Source of the DNA: a virus
Lineage: Duplodnaviria; Caudoviricetes
IMG/VR virus record: IMGVR_UViG_3300032288_000863
Span: 1-61,955 of that record
DNA length: 61,955 nucleotides
Strand: one strand, 5' to 3'
Within the stretch, counting starts at the first letter, position 1. The number at the start of each line of letters is the position of its first letter. Position numbers and translations under genes: made by a program. Of this stretch, positions 28,300 to 37,773 are shown in pieces. The notes below the pieces were generated by a model that was given only the letters and a program-made list of their open reading frames with translations, was not told the origin of the DNA and made no database searches.

Positions 28300-29232
28300 T
28301 CAGGTCGAACCGGGCGAGCCCCAGATACCCAGCGGATCGCTCCAGCCGAAGCTGTAACGCTCACGGGCCTTATACCGGACGTTGCCGGTGTCGAAGTCAC
28401 CGTCCATCGAGGTGCTCATGGGAGCACGGACGAAGTGCTTCAGGCCGTTGGGTACGTCAGTGGTGAGGAACCACGCGTTGGTGTCGGTCAGGAAGTGGTT
28501 GACCGTGTAGCCTTCCGGGATCGCTCCCATCTGCTTCAGCGCATTGATGTCGTTGTCAGTGGTGCTGACACGAAGCTCCGTATCAAGCAGACGCTTGGCT
28601 ACGAACATCAGGGCCGGAGGGATGATGAGTTTACGCGGCTTGGCTGCGATCAGCAGACCACGCTCATCGGTCCACGCTGCGATCTGGATAACCGCTGCTT
28701 CCAGAGCCGTCTCGTTCAGGTCTACACCGGTCGAGGGGCTGTTGTAGTTAACAGCGCCGCTAACCAGCGGGTGACCAACACGGGTGCTGGAGGAGTTGTT
28801 ACCGAACAGGGTGGTGCCGTCACCGCCAAGGTAGCTGCCGTTAAATCCATTGTTCAGGATCGAAGCGGCTTTTACCTGCTTGGTGTAGGCCATAGCGCGA
28901 GCCAGAGCCTTGGTGTAGCGAGCCGACAGACTGTCGTAGAGGTTATCCTCAACAGCCTCTTCGGTGATCGCAAAGCCAAGAGCAATCGTCTCGTGCGTAT
29001 AGCGAGCGGTCCATGCTTCTTGCGCGTTGTCATACGCAATTGCGGAACCTTCCGTTTTCACCGGAGCAGCCGCGAAGCCGGAGAGTTTCGTCTCCTCTTC
29101 AAAGCTACGCTCAGAGGTCTCGGTGTCGTAAATTTCCTTGTGCTCCTCGCCGTAGCGGGAGTACTCCATGCCGAACAGTGCGTTCAGACCGGGCAGGAGT
29201 TCCTTGAGAAGCTGGGAACGTGAAATAGCCAT
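28300..29232 (-). CDS. major capsid protein (Mu gpT-like)
   Basis: MAISRSQLLKELLPGLNALFG.EY..., RERYSFGWSD; biased codons, AAGGAG RBS. Confidence 0.9.
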   Translation of the reverse strand: MAISRSQLLKELLPGLNALFGMEYSRYGEEHKEIYDTETSERSFEEETKLSGFAAAPVKTEGSAIAYDNAQEAWTARYTHETIALGFAITEEAVEDNLYDSLSARYTKALARAMAYTKQVKAASILNNGFNGSYLGGDGTTLFGNNSSSTRVGHPLVSGAVNYNSPSTGVDLNETALEAAVIQIAAWTDERGLLIAAKPRKLIIPPALMFVAKRLLDTELRVSTTDNDINALKQMGAIPEGYTVNHFLTDTNAWFLTTDVPNGLKHFVRAPMSTSMDGDFDTGNVRYKARERYSFGWSDPLGIWGSPGST

Positions 29233-29245
29233 GTCAAGTTACTCC

Positions 29246-29887
29246 TTATACGCCAAGCGGGTTGAGGTAGGAATGGACCCCGTGGTTGAACTTAACCAGA
29301 ACTTCCGGGTAAGAATCATCCGGGGTGATGATATCCACAATCCGCATAGCCAGCGTAGTGGTCGAAGCACAGGAGCCCCAGTTGGAGCCGGTATCCAGTG
29401 CCGTATTCGCCAGACCAGTCGTCGCGCTGCCGGAGAAGCCGGTCAGTGCAGCGTTCTGCCCAATCGCACCGCGAGCGCCGTTGGTCTTGGAACCAACAAT
29501 CGTTGCAGCTTGAATCGAGTAGAGTTGGTCCGGGTCATCGCAGACACGAATCCATACATCGGAATAGCCGCCAGTGATCGCGCCCGAGGGCAGATACTGA
29601 GCAAAAACCGTGTACTTCAGGTTCGGGTCTACATAACGGACACCAACCATAACGCCGAGAATACCTGCCGTACCATCAGCAGAGGTAGCGGTGTATTTCG
29701 GAGCTACAGGGGTAGCCGTAATTGCAGTAGGAACACCGTTGGTGTTCATATAGATGACAGAACCCGTGTAGTACGCCGCAGCTACGTTGCTGGGGAGTTT
29801 GTACTCACGGATCGCGCCACCATTAAAAGCCTGTCCACCGATCAAATTAACCGGCTTGAGGCCAAAAGGCGTGGCAGAAGCAGCCAT
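29246..29887 (-). CDS. head decoration/cement protein
   Basis: PFGLKPV...GV.VG..Y.DP...V.DDP; directly upstream of capsid gene. Confidence 0.65.
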   Translation of the reverse strand: MAASATPFGLKPVNLIGGQAFNGGAIREYKLPSNVAAAYYTGSVIYMNTNGVPTAITATPVAPKYTATSADGTAGILGVMVGVRYVDPNLKYTVFAQYLPSGAITGGYSDVWIRVCDDPDQLYSIQAATIVGSKTNGARGAIGQNAALTGFSGSATTGLANTALDTGSNWGSCASTTTLAMRIVDIITPDDSYPEVLVKFNHGVHSYLNPLGV

Positions 29888-29901
29888 TTTAAAGTCTCCA
29901 G

Positions 29902-30357
29902 TTAGGTTCCGTTACCAAACCCGCTACCGCGGCTCGTAGACGTTTTACGGTCTGCAAACAACGGCATACGCGGATCGTTGTTCCGCATGAAGTGGTTATC
30001 CACCGACTCCATTTGCCCGACAGCCTGAGCAGCATAATACTCATCGCGGGACTTTATCAGTTCAATCGGAGCCTTGCAGAGCATGAGGCCGCCGATCTCT
30101 ACGTTGCCGGTGGTAGCGTTACCAAAGAGCATAAGCTCTGGGTGATCCACTGCCTTGACCGGTTCCCAGCCCTCTCGCAGTTTGCGAGAAACATTCGACG
30201 GATCAGCCTGCCCAAGTACATGGGTGGCTATCCACCGATACCCGTACCCCGGTTGCGGAGTAGGGTCGGGAAGTGTGCTAGGTGGGGTGTACACCGCTCG
30301 CACGGGCCTTTTCTCGCGTGATTCTAGTTCACGTGCCATCCGGGATTGTTCAGCCAT
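29902..30357 (-). CDS. conserved head-module protein
   Basis: ATG 30357; YRWI...N.SRKLREGWEPV...IGGLMLCK. Confidence 0.65.
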   Translation of the reverse strand: MAEQSRMARELESREKRPVRAVYTPPSTLPDPTPQPGYGYRWIATHVLGQADPSNVSRKLREGWEPVKAVDHPELMLFGNATTGNVEIGGLMLCKAPIELIKSRDEYYAAQAVGQMESVDNHFMRNNDPRMPLFADRKTSTSRGSGFGNGT

Positions 30358-31291
30358 TGCTTCTCTCCATTTTTGCCACTGCTTCAGCATATTGCTGCGG
30401 AGTCAAACCTAGACGTTTTGCCAGCGTTAACTGGGACGTATTTAGTCTGATCTTTTTAGCTCCCGTGGAACGCGTCCCCGGTGCCACTACCGTCGCGGGC
30501 TTTCTGGAGCCATCACCAGACGGTGACCTATTTCCAGACTCGCCAAAGAAGTCTCGGAAAGTCGATCTCAAGCGGGCGTTTATTTGCCCGAAATATTCAT
30601 CAGAGCGAGGGTCTACCCCCGAATTCACTAGCTTTTGGTGCAGCCCTAGTGCGTAGCTGGTCATTTCCTCGTAGCCCGGTGTACCGAACCACTGATTTTG
30701 AGCCTGCCACCTCAAAGTCTTTTCATCGACTTCAGGAGTTTTAGGCTCCTCATAATTCATATTTACAGGATAGTCATCCACCTGTAAAGAGATTGGATTG
30801 AAATTTTTTGTAGTCTTCGCCAAAAGTTGCGCGTCGGTAAGCATCTGTTGGGCTTCAAGAATCGCATCAGTATCCCCAAGCTCATATGCTTCCTTATACC
30901 TTTTCTTCGCCATTTCAAGCGAAGTTTGAGCCGCGGTACGTGCAGTCTCAGCAAACTGTTGGCTACCCGTATTAACAACTTCTTTAAGCTGTCGATTCTC
31001 CTGAATAAGCTGTTGAGCAAGTCGCTCAAGCTCCATTTTCTCTCGTAGCGTAGCTTCTTTAGCCCTGCGCTCATCATGTCGCGCATGGGTAAGCTCTTTA
31101 ATACGCTTTTTTACCCCGTCGGAGTAATTATCAAGCTCATCATCCGTCGGCTCTTCCACAGGACGAGCAAGGGGTTTTCTCCCTCTGTCCGCTTCCGGCG
31201 TGTCGTCGACAATTTCCAATTCGACATCTTCACTTGTAGCTTCAGGTGAAGCTACCAAGTCTTCGTCAGGGAACTTGTAATCATCAGCCAT
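30350..31291 (-). CDS. capsid scaffolding protein
   Basis: Acidic N-terminus, coiled coil, W...N.WFG, C-terminal AKRLGLT.QQYA. Confidence 0.7.
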   Translation of the reverse strand: MADDYKFPDEDLVASPEATSEDVELEIVDDTPEADRGRKPLARPVEEPTDDELDNYSDGVKKRIKELTHARHDERRAKEATLREKMELERLAQQLIQENRQLKEVVNTGSQQFAETARTAAQTSLEMAKKRYKEAYELGDTDAILEAQQMLTDAQLLAKTTKNFNPISLQVDDYPVNMNYEEPKTPEVDEKTLRWQAQNQWFGTPGYEEMTSYALGLHQKLVNSGVDPRSDEYFGQINARLRSTFRDFFGESGNRSPSGDGSRKPATVVAPGTRSTGAKKIRLNTSQLTLAKRLGLTPQQYAEAVAKMERSNG

Positions 31292-31325
31292 ACATTACTC
31301 CATGCGCCATCAGGCGAGTTGTTAA

Positions 31326-31763
31326 TCAGACAGCAACGCGGGTAATACCGCGAGGATCAAGCACTACAGCTTCAACCTGATCATCATTGATGACCCGGAA
31401 TTCTTTGCCATAGATTTTGAACCGCGTACCGGTGTAGTTACGCACCAACACGAAATCTCCTACTTTGCACCACGGTCCCGTGGGAAACTTGGTAGTATCT
31501 TTGTAAGCGTCAGCACCCATTTTGAGGACAAACAGTACCGACGTAGCATGTTCCTCTGCTTTCATCGCGGAGGTCGCTTTCAGCAGAGATGTACCGTCAA
31601 ATTTCTCAGAAACGTCGGGAATGACGCAAAGAAGTTTCCATCCAGTGGGATCAGGCAACATTGTCGCCCGTTGCTCGTCTGTCTCCGTTTCTTCAGGCTC
31701 GTCTCGCTGAATAATCGGTTTTGGCATGGTCACGCCATGAGGCAGAATAAAGTCAGTCATCAT
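31326..31763 (-). CDS. groES: GroES-like co-chaperonin
   Basis: PTGWKLL, V..MG..AY, PWCKVGDFV....Y.GT......EFRVINDD.V.AVV (Cpn10 pattern). Confidence 0.8.
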   Translation of the reverse strand: MMTDFILPHGVTMPKPIIQRDEPEETETDEQRATMLPDPTGWKLLCVIPDVSEKFDGTSLLKATSAMKAEEHATSVLFVLKMGADAYKDTTKFPTGPWCKVGDFVLVRNYTGTRFKIYGKEFRVINDDQVEAVVLDPRGITRVAV

Positions 31764-31947
31764 CGCTCTCCACTTTTTCTAGCAGGTCCATCAAGTGTCG
31801 CTCTGCAAGTGCTAGGCCCTGAATCACACCGCAGAGTTGTTTATACGCTTCAAAGGACTGACATTGGCCGGTAGCCGCGTCGTCCGCAAAGTTGTTCATG
31901 TCAGTGCGTATTTTGTCGCGCAATACGCGTGCGAAATCTTTTACCAC
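31753..31947 (-). CDS. small conserved head-module protein
   Basis: 64 aa, Y..LCG.IQGL motif, between portal and GroES. Confidence 0.65.
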   Translation of the reverse strand: MVKDFARVLRDKIRTDMNNFADDAATGQCQSFEAYKQLCGVIQGLALAERHLMDLLEKVESDDD

Positions 31948-31950
31948 ACA

Positions 31951-34596
31951 TTACTCCTTTTTGTCAGAAGATTGTTTACTTTTTTGAGGTTTAACTTCTT
32001 CCTCTTCCTCTTCTTCCTCGTCCTCCTCTTCCTTCGGAGCTGACATCCCCAGCTTGATACCCTCGCGCATCTGGTTAGCTTCTTCCCGATCTTTCTCAAG
32101 CCCGAGACGCATCCCCTCACGCATCTGGGTAGCATCATCACGATCTTTGGCAAGCCCCAGTTTTAGTCCATCGCGCAGCGAATTAGCCTCAATCTGCTCA
32201 CGCTTGATCTCATAGTCGCGCTCCATCTGCTCCTGCTTCAACTGAAGCTCCCGGTCCATCTGCTCACGTTTGAACTCGTAGTCGCGCTCCATCTGCTCCT
32301 GCTTCAACTGAAGCTCCCGGTCCATCTGCTCGCGCCGGAACTCAAGCTCCTGCGTCACTCGCTGCATGTCAGACTGGGCTTTCTGCTGCTCGATCTGCAC
32401 TTGCTGCTGCTTGATCTGAAGCTCTTGCTGCTGCATCTGAATGACAGGATCTTGTGCCTGTTGTTGCGCCTGCATCTGCTGTACTTGCTGCTGTGACTGC
32501 TGCAACTGTTGTTGACCAGCCTGCGCCATCATCGCAGAAAGCGTGCTCTCTACCTCAGCAGGCAGTTCCTCATCTGACGGAGGCAGCGTGAGACCAAGCT
32601 GAGACTCGATCTGCTGACGGTATTCAAACGCCACATGCTCCGTGATGTGGTCCTGTAGCGCCGCCATGATCTGCTGCGCCCGGGGGTTTTGCCCGATTTT
32701 CTGCTGGATCATGGGGTCTTGCATCATGGCGTTGTGTACCGCGATATGCGCGGTATGGTCTTGGTGCAGGAACGCTTTCACAGGCTCGCCCGTCAGGGCG
32801 CGTGCGTTTTCTGTCACGGGGTCCATCGGCTTGATATCGTCCTTCATCGGGACAAGTTTTGCCGCATTCTTGATACCCAACACATTCAACATGCCGCGAT
32901 GAAGCTCGGGCAAGTCGTAAATATCGGGGGCCATCTGTGCCATCTGGATGACGGCTTGATACTGCACGATCCGCTGCGCCATTGTGGCCGCGTTGGGGTC
33001 GGACACCGGCAAAATGTCGATGTGCTCGTAGTCCGTCTTCTTCGCTTTCGGTGTCGCCGTCTCCGGCTCGTACCCGTAGGAGTCCTCCGAGTAGTCCCGG
33101 ATAATCTCCGCAAGGAGCCTAAGCTCCTGCTTCATCGTGTAGTGGATCCGCGCCTGAACCGCAGAGAGTGGTTTTAGCTGCCGCTCCAATATCGCCAGTG
33201 TCGTGCCGACAGGCGCTTGGGAACTCATGTCACTGATCTTGACATCTGCCGTCGCGGCAAATCGGCGACCGTCCTCAATGATGCTGCCCAGCAACTGGAG
33301 CAGAGTCTGGCTAGGCTCCTTATAGGGAAGGGGCAGGATGCTATCCCGAATGGTCCCCGAGCCTACGTCTACGTCCCGGAATTCACCGGGGGAGATCGGT
33401 GTGTCATCCCCTTTGATCCTGAGACTCCGCGACTTGAGCCCTCCCGGCAGGTTAGACAGCGTACCGGCGTCTACAAGTTGACGGGTCAACGACGTAGCGG
33501 ACTTAGCGAAATTCCCGATCAGGTGGAACAGACCGAAGCCATATGAGCCAAAGCCGGGAATGTACTGATAGTGCACGAAGTGCTGACGCTTCAGTCGGAG
33601 ATCATCATCCTCCCGCCAGTTGCGCCGTATCGCCAGCACATCATTAGACCCTTTTATCAAGGTCACGACATACGGCAGGGCGATGCCCTCTTCATCTTCT
33701 GGGTCAAGGCTAAGATCCGCGTGCGCCTCGTACAGGGTGTAGCGCTCATCATGGATGTCGCTGAACCCCGTCTCGCTATCTTTTGCCTTCTTTATATCAC
33801 TGCGAGTCTTGTCGGGGTCAGGCAGGTCGATGTCCCGATAGAACCCTGCCTGCTGCAACTTCTTGATTTCATTCTTGGTTTTACGCATCACGTGGGTGAC
33901 GCGGTGGCACATATAGATATCAGACACGCCGTAGGGCAGCACGACGTCTTCGGCGGGAATAAACACCGCGATCTGTCGCCCAAGGCTTGGGTCATAATAG
34001 ACTTTCTTGAACGCAGAGCCTGTCGCGGGCAGGTTCCACAGCATCTTCTCATGCTCCGGGCGGTACTCAATCATCCGCTCCGTAAGCTGATAGTTCATAT
34101 CCTCCTTGACTCGCTCCGCCGCCTCCAGCTTCTCCGGCGTCTCCTTGCCAATAATCTTTGTCGCTACAGGCCCCCCAGACGGGAATGTCTCCATCACCGT
34201 CTCGGCTTGGAACCGGACCACTGCCTCGGTAATCATGGGATGGACCACGCCACACGCCCCACTCCACGGCTCCATCCGCTCCTCATACTTGAGGCCCATC
34301 AACTTCAGGCCCTCGACGTATGTCTCCTCCCAGTCTTTGCGACTGGCAAGGTCATTCTCAATATCTCCAGCCAACTCCTCGGCCATCGACATGAGTGCCG
34401 ACTCATCCATCGTCTCGGCCAAGTTGTCGCTGAAATCCCCTATCTCTTTTCCGGGCGCTATCTCAATCTCCATACCTCCGGCTTTTATACTCACCGCCTC
34501 CGGGTCTTCAATCTCAATCTCCAGCGCGGGAGCCTCATCCGCCAGCAGATCAGCCAGTCCAGACGGGGCACGGTTTAACGCTTTGTCGATGCTCAT
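31951..34596 (-). CDS. portal protein (P22-like, long C-terminal coiled coil)
   Basis: 881 aa after TerL; SRKDWE, PW.GAC.V.HP, GSAFKKVYYD, RQLVDAGTL.N. Confidence 0.85.
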   Translation of the reverse strand: MSIDKALNRAPSGLADLLADEAPALEIEIEDPEAVSIKAGGMEIEIAPGKEIGDFSDNLAETMDESALMSMAEELAGDIENDLASRKDWEETYVEGLKLMGLKYEERMEPWSGACGVVHPMITEAVVRFQAETVMETFPSGGPVATKIIGKETPEKLEAAERVKEDMNYQLTERMIEYRPEHEKMLWNLPATGSAFKKVYYDPSLGRQIAVFIPAEDVVLPYGVSDIYMCHRVTHVMRKTKNEIKKLQQAGFYRDIDLPDPDKTRSDIKKAKDSETGFSDIHDERYTLYEAHADLSLDPEDEEGIALPYVVTLIKGSNDVLAIRRNWREDDDLRLKRQHFVHYQYIPGFGSYGFGLFHLIGNFAKSATSLTRQLVDAGTLSNLPGGLKSRSLRIKGDDTPISPGEFRDVDVGSGTIRDSILPLPYKEPSQTLLQLLGSIIEDGRRFAATADVKISDMSSQAPVGTTLAILERQLKPLSAVQARIHYTMKQELRLLAEIIRDYSEDSYGYEPETATPKAKKTDYEHIDILPVSDPNAATMAQRIVQYQAVIQMAQMAPDIYDLPELHRGMLNVLGIKNAAKLVPMKDDIKPMDPVTENARALTGEPVKAFLHQDHTAHIAVHNAMMQDPMIQQKIGQNPRAQQIMAALQDHITEHVAFEYRQQIESQLGLTLPPSDEELPAEVESTLSAMMAQAGQQQLQQSQQQVQQMQAQQQAQDPVIQMQQQELQIKQQQVQIEQQKAQSDMQRVTQELEFRREQMDRELQLKQEQMERDYEFKREQMDRELQLKQEQMERDYEIKREQIEANSLRDGLKLGLAKDRDDATQMREGMRLGLEKDREEANQMREGIKLGMSAPKEEEDEEEEEEEEVKPQKSKQSSDKKE

Positions 34597-34607
34597 TGTC
34601 TTTTCCT

Positions 34608-37055
34608 CTAGTAATACGCCGCCTTTCTAGGCGCGTACTGGTAAGGCAAGTCTACCTCATCGGACGGAAGAGTAATAAACCCTCCCTGACGGAATCTCAT
34701 TAATGCAAGTGTGGTGGCATCCACCAAGTCGTCATTTCTCCCGGCCGGAAAGTCGTTGCACTCCTCTATGACCTCCCGCGCCCAGCGCCTGTCGGGCGCC
34801 CACACGATCCCGGCAGAGAAGAGATCAGACACAGCGTTCACCCGGCTTATCTTGTCCTGCCCCCTGCCCGGGGTGAACTCCCCGAGCGGTATGCCCATCC
34901 GCCTCATCTCTTGATACAGCGCCGCACCGTTGGACTTCTTCTCTACGATGAATGCGTCTGGTTGCCACTCCTTATACTGCTCCAGCACCATCTGCTTCAA
35001 CTCCGGGAACTCCAGACGTTTCTTGATGGCGTTCAGCAGGATGATGTTGTGGTTGTTTGTCTCTTCATTAAAGAAGATCCCCCACGTCAGGAGCGCATTG
35101 TAGTCTGCCCGGTTAGACGTTTCTTGGGCAGCGTCTAGGGCCATAATAATGAAGTCACACTTGGGTGGGTCGTCTTTGTCCCATATCTGCCACCATTCCC
35201 TCTTTATTAGCGCCCCTTCCTCTGCCGTGGGCTGCTGCATGTACTGCGCCTGCCAGTACCGGGGGTCCATTCCGGCCTTCTTCGCCATCAACTCCTCCAT
35301 CGGCCAGAAGTCAGGCCACAGAGGCTTTTCATTTAATATGGCAGGGAACTCGACGACCTCCCACTCGTCAGCGTCATCATTTCTCGTCATGTGGTCGATA
35401 ATCTGCCCGGTCAGGTCCAGCTTGGACCACCGCGTATTGTGGGATACCACACCGTTAGCAATAAAGTTTTCCGTGCGCTCTACTTGAAGATCAAAAACTT
35501 CTGCTTCGCCGTCAGGAAGGATCGTCGTTATCTCGTCTAACGTGACGCTGTAAGTATTCAGCAGCGAGTCGCAAGACCTCGGGGGTTTTGCCATATCCGA
35601 CTGCAAGGTTACAGTCGTTGCAAAGCAGCCCTCGGACCTGTCCGGTATCGTGGCAGTGGTCGATACAGAGTTTTCCCCCCCAATGAGTACGGGTGTTGAT
35701 TTTAGAAGGTACTTGACCACAGACATCGCAACGGTTGCCTCTCTCTGCAACCATACTGTTGTACTGCTCAAGCGTGATGCCATACCGGCTTTTGACTCTA
35801 GCCGCACGCCGGTTCTCCGGACTGTAGCTTCTTCCTCTATACCCTTCTGCCCAACGCTGTTTGTTGTAATGCGTGCGACAAAGCCCTTTACTTTTAGCAG
35901 GCTCTGTACAACCTTCTTGAATGCAGATCTTACCTTTCCATTTACCGTGGTGTCCGACCGGATGTTTGACAGCATCGGGATTTTTTTGCCGGTACCACTC
36001 CCTTGCTCTGCACGCTCCACACAATTGCTGTTTTTTTCTTGCTTGTACGCGGTTGTTGCATCCTTCAATGCTACAAGCGACATACCCGGTTTCAGGTCTT
36101 TCAGTCTGATCCATTGCTGTTCTCCGTCAGTGTCTACAAGAAACGGATGTCTCTCGTTTGCCCGGAGAATTCTACCAGATCGTGTTTGTACTTGGTAGAT
36201 CGTATCAATACCATTTGACTTGTGGTTAAGTACCCGTGATGTGGTTATGCGTCCATCTTCGTATGTCGCTATTTCATCACCGGGGCGCAGGTCTTTAAGC
36301 GGAGTCTCGCTTCCATCAGGGCGTAACACCCCTGTATCCCCCGTCATGCACATCACCACGATGATCGCGCCTCCCGGCATCAGTCGCTGGATGGGGCCTG
36401 ACTGGAACCACTCCCATGCGGGGGCGAAGACATCGGGCCTTCCTTGCTTGGCCTCCTGCTCTGAGTGAGGATCATCAATAATAAATAGATCAGCACCGCG
36501 CCCAGCGAGAGCACCGCCCACACCAATAGCAAAATACTCTCCGTTAAAATTAGTGCCCCACCGAGAAGCGGACTTACTGTCTGCTTGAAGCTCCACTTGC
36601 GGGAAAATATCATTGTACAGATCGCTCCCGACAAGGTTCCGCACCCGTCTACCGAAGTTCACTGCCAGATCGGCAGTGTGCGAGGCCATGATGATCTTCT
36701 TCTGGGGGAACTTCCCCAGAAACCACGCTGGAGCAAGGTAGGAAATCATCTCTGACTTGCCGTGACGGGGGGCAATGTTGACGATCACCCGCTTTTTCCT
36801 GCCCGCCGCAATTTCTTCAAAGATTTTGGCAAGTTTTCGGTGATGGGGCCCCACGATATAGCCGGGGTACACGTGGTTAATGAAGTCTAAAAAGGACTCA
36901 CGTCCCTTTACTTGCGTGATTTGCGACTGATACTGCTTTAAAAGCTCCGCTACGCGACGTTTTTCCTTGTCCGGGAGGTTGGGCAGGGCGTTTTTTAGCC
37001 TTTGTATGTCAGCAAGTGACAGTTTTGGGCCAGCCGGGGGGTTTTGCGGCGTCAT
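34608..37055 (-). CDS. terL: terminase large subunit, intein-containing (mature ~510 aa)
   Basis: Walker A APRHGKS, Walker B FIIDDP, coupling motif VM/TRW split by intein, RNase H-like nuclease with DDLVD. Confidence 0.95.
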   Translation of the reverse strand: MTPQNPPAGPKLSLADIQRLKNALPNLPDKEKRRVAELLKQYQSQITQVKGRESFLDFINHVYPGYIVGPHHRKLAKIFEEIAAGRKKRVIVNIAPRHGKSEMISYLAPAWFLGKFPQKKIIMASHTADLAVNFGRRVRNLVGSDLYNDIFPQVELQADSKSASRWGTNFNGEYFAIGVGGALAGRGADLFIIDDPHSEQEAKQGRPDVFAPAWEWFQSGPIQRLMPGGAIIVVMCMTGDTGVLRPDGSETPLKDLRPGDEIATYEDGRITTSRVLNHKSNGIDTIYQVQTRSGRILRANERHPFLVDTDGEQQWIRLKDLKPGMSLVALKDATTAYKQEKNSNCVERAEQGSGTGKKIPMLSNIRSDTTVNGKVRSAFKKVVQSLLKVKGFVARITTNSVGQKGIEEEATVRRTGVRLESKAGMASRLSSTTVWLQREATVAMSVVKYLLKSTPVLIGGENSVSTTATIPDRSEGCFATTVTLQSDMAKPPRSCDSLLNTYSVTLDEITTILPDGEAEVFDLQVERTENFIANGVVSHNTRWSKLDLTGQIIDHMTRNDDADEWEVVEFPAILNEKPLWPDFWPMEELMAKKAGMDPRYWQAQYMQQPTAEEGALIKREWWQIWDKDDPPKCDFIIMALDAAQETSNRADYNALLTWGIFFNEETNNHNIILLNAIKKRLEFPELKQMVLEQYKEWQPDAFIVEKKSNGAALYQEMRRMGIPLGEFTPGRGQDKISRVNAVSDLFSAGIVWAPDRRWAREVIEECNDFPAGRNDDLVDATTLALMRFRQGGFITLPSDEVDLPYQYAPRKAAYY
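35436..36350 (-). mobile_element. intein (305 aa, residues 236-540 of TerL)
   Basis: Block A CMTGDT.V...DG, block B LRANERHPF, block F VFDLQV..TENFIANG, block G VSHN then Thr+1. Confidence 0.95.
35512..36114 (-). CDS. HNH homing endonuclease (endonuclease VII family) nested out of frame within the intein
   Basis: GGAGA RBS 6 nt before ATG; YGIT.EQY, CDVC, IDHCHDTGQVRGLLCNDCN; two N-terminal C..EGC...LC Zn motifs. Confidence 0.9.
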   Translation of the reverse strand: MDQTERPETGYVACSIEGCNNRVQARKKQQLCGACRAREWYRQKNPDAVKHPVGHHGKWKGKICIQEGCTEPAKSKGLCRTHYNKQRWAEGYRGRSYSPENRRAARVKSRYGITLEQYNSMVAERGNRCDVCGQVPSKINTRTHWGGKLCIDHCHDTGQVRGLLCNDCNLAVGYGKTPEVLRLAAEYLQRHVRRDNDDPS

Positions 37056-37594
37056 TTGGGGTCAGTTTCAGGCTCTACGGCGTATTCGATGTTCTCAAGC
37101 ACGGATAAAAGCTCCTTTTCGACCTCTTCGATGGGCTTTATCTGTATGGTCATCTCACTTCGCCGCTTGAATGCGTCTACACCATCAATTTCCCCGAGCT
37201 TCGTCAGGGCTGCGATGCGGTCTTTGGGCATCTGGGCATGTTCGATTTCATACACCAGCTTATTAATGACGTACATCTTCAACTCAGATAGCTCATCGAC
37301 CAACATACATTTGGTCTGAGCCACCATGCCTGCCAAGTACGCCATCGTTTCGTTGGGGTAGCGGTTGTACTCGGGGCGCAACTTGGGGTTCTGCATCATC
37401 TGCTGCGCCAAATCATGCGCTTCTATCTTATGTTGTGCCGTTGGCACGACCGGTTCGCCCGTCAGATCAGATAACAGCTTGATTGTGCGTACCCGCATTT
37501 CCAATTCTTCATTGGGTAGCAAGTCTGGAAATGCTTCTGAAGCCCTGCTGGGGAGCGGAATGTCATCTTCGATGTCGGGAATTAACATATCCAT
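37052..37594 (-). CDS. probable terminase small subunit
   Basis: ATG 37594; helical 180 aa with RIAAL..LG; 4-nt overlap with terL. Confidence 0.6.
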   Translation of the reverse strand: MDMLIPDIEDDIPLPSRASEAFPDLLPNEELEMRVRTIKLLSDLTGEPVVPTAQHKIEAHDLAQQMMQNPKLRPEYNRYPNETMAYLAGMVAQTKCMLVDELSELKMYVINKLVYEIEHAQMPKDRIAALTKLGEIDGVDAFKRRSEMTIQIKPIEEVEKELLSVLENIEYAVEPETDPK

Positions 37595-37600
37595 AGCCGA

Positions 37601-37629
37601 AGTATACAGAAATTTTTGTAGTAGTAAAA
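37601..37629 (-). promoter_or_regulatory. putative leftward promoter (possibly leaderless transcript)
   Basis: TATACT 6 nt before ATG, TTTACT-like -35, no SD. Confidence 0.4.
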
Positions 37630-37773
37630 ATAAATCAGGGACTCCAAAACAGTAAAGGGGGGGATGTTCCAAAAATACGGAGTTGTTTGTGTGGATTAAA
37701 GCGTAGCGGTGCGAGCGGGACTCCGATTTCCACAATGTGGGGTGGGGGGTGGGTGGGGTTAGCTAAGGAAAGG

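Noticed and set aside
28249-29223. 324-aa plus-strand ORF antisense to the capsid gene (similarly 33571-34578, 29168-29905, 60472-61350)
   Set aside because: No RBS or recognisable motifs; expected shadow of biased codon usage in the real minus-strand genes.
35650-36198. Third ORF (182 aa, plus strand) over the intein
   Set aside because: In register with the intein frame on the opposite strand, with no motifs or RBS; likely a by-product.
34608-37055. Group I intron or frameshift error as the explanation for the terL insertion
   Set aside because: The insertion keeps the frame open for 915 nt and has complete intein blocks at both ends.
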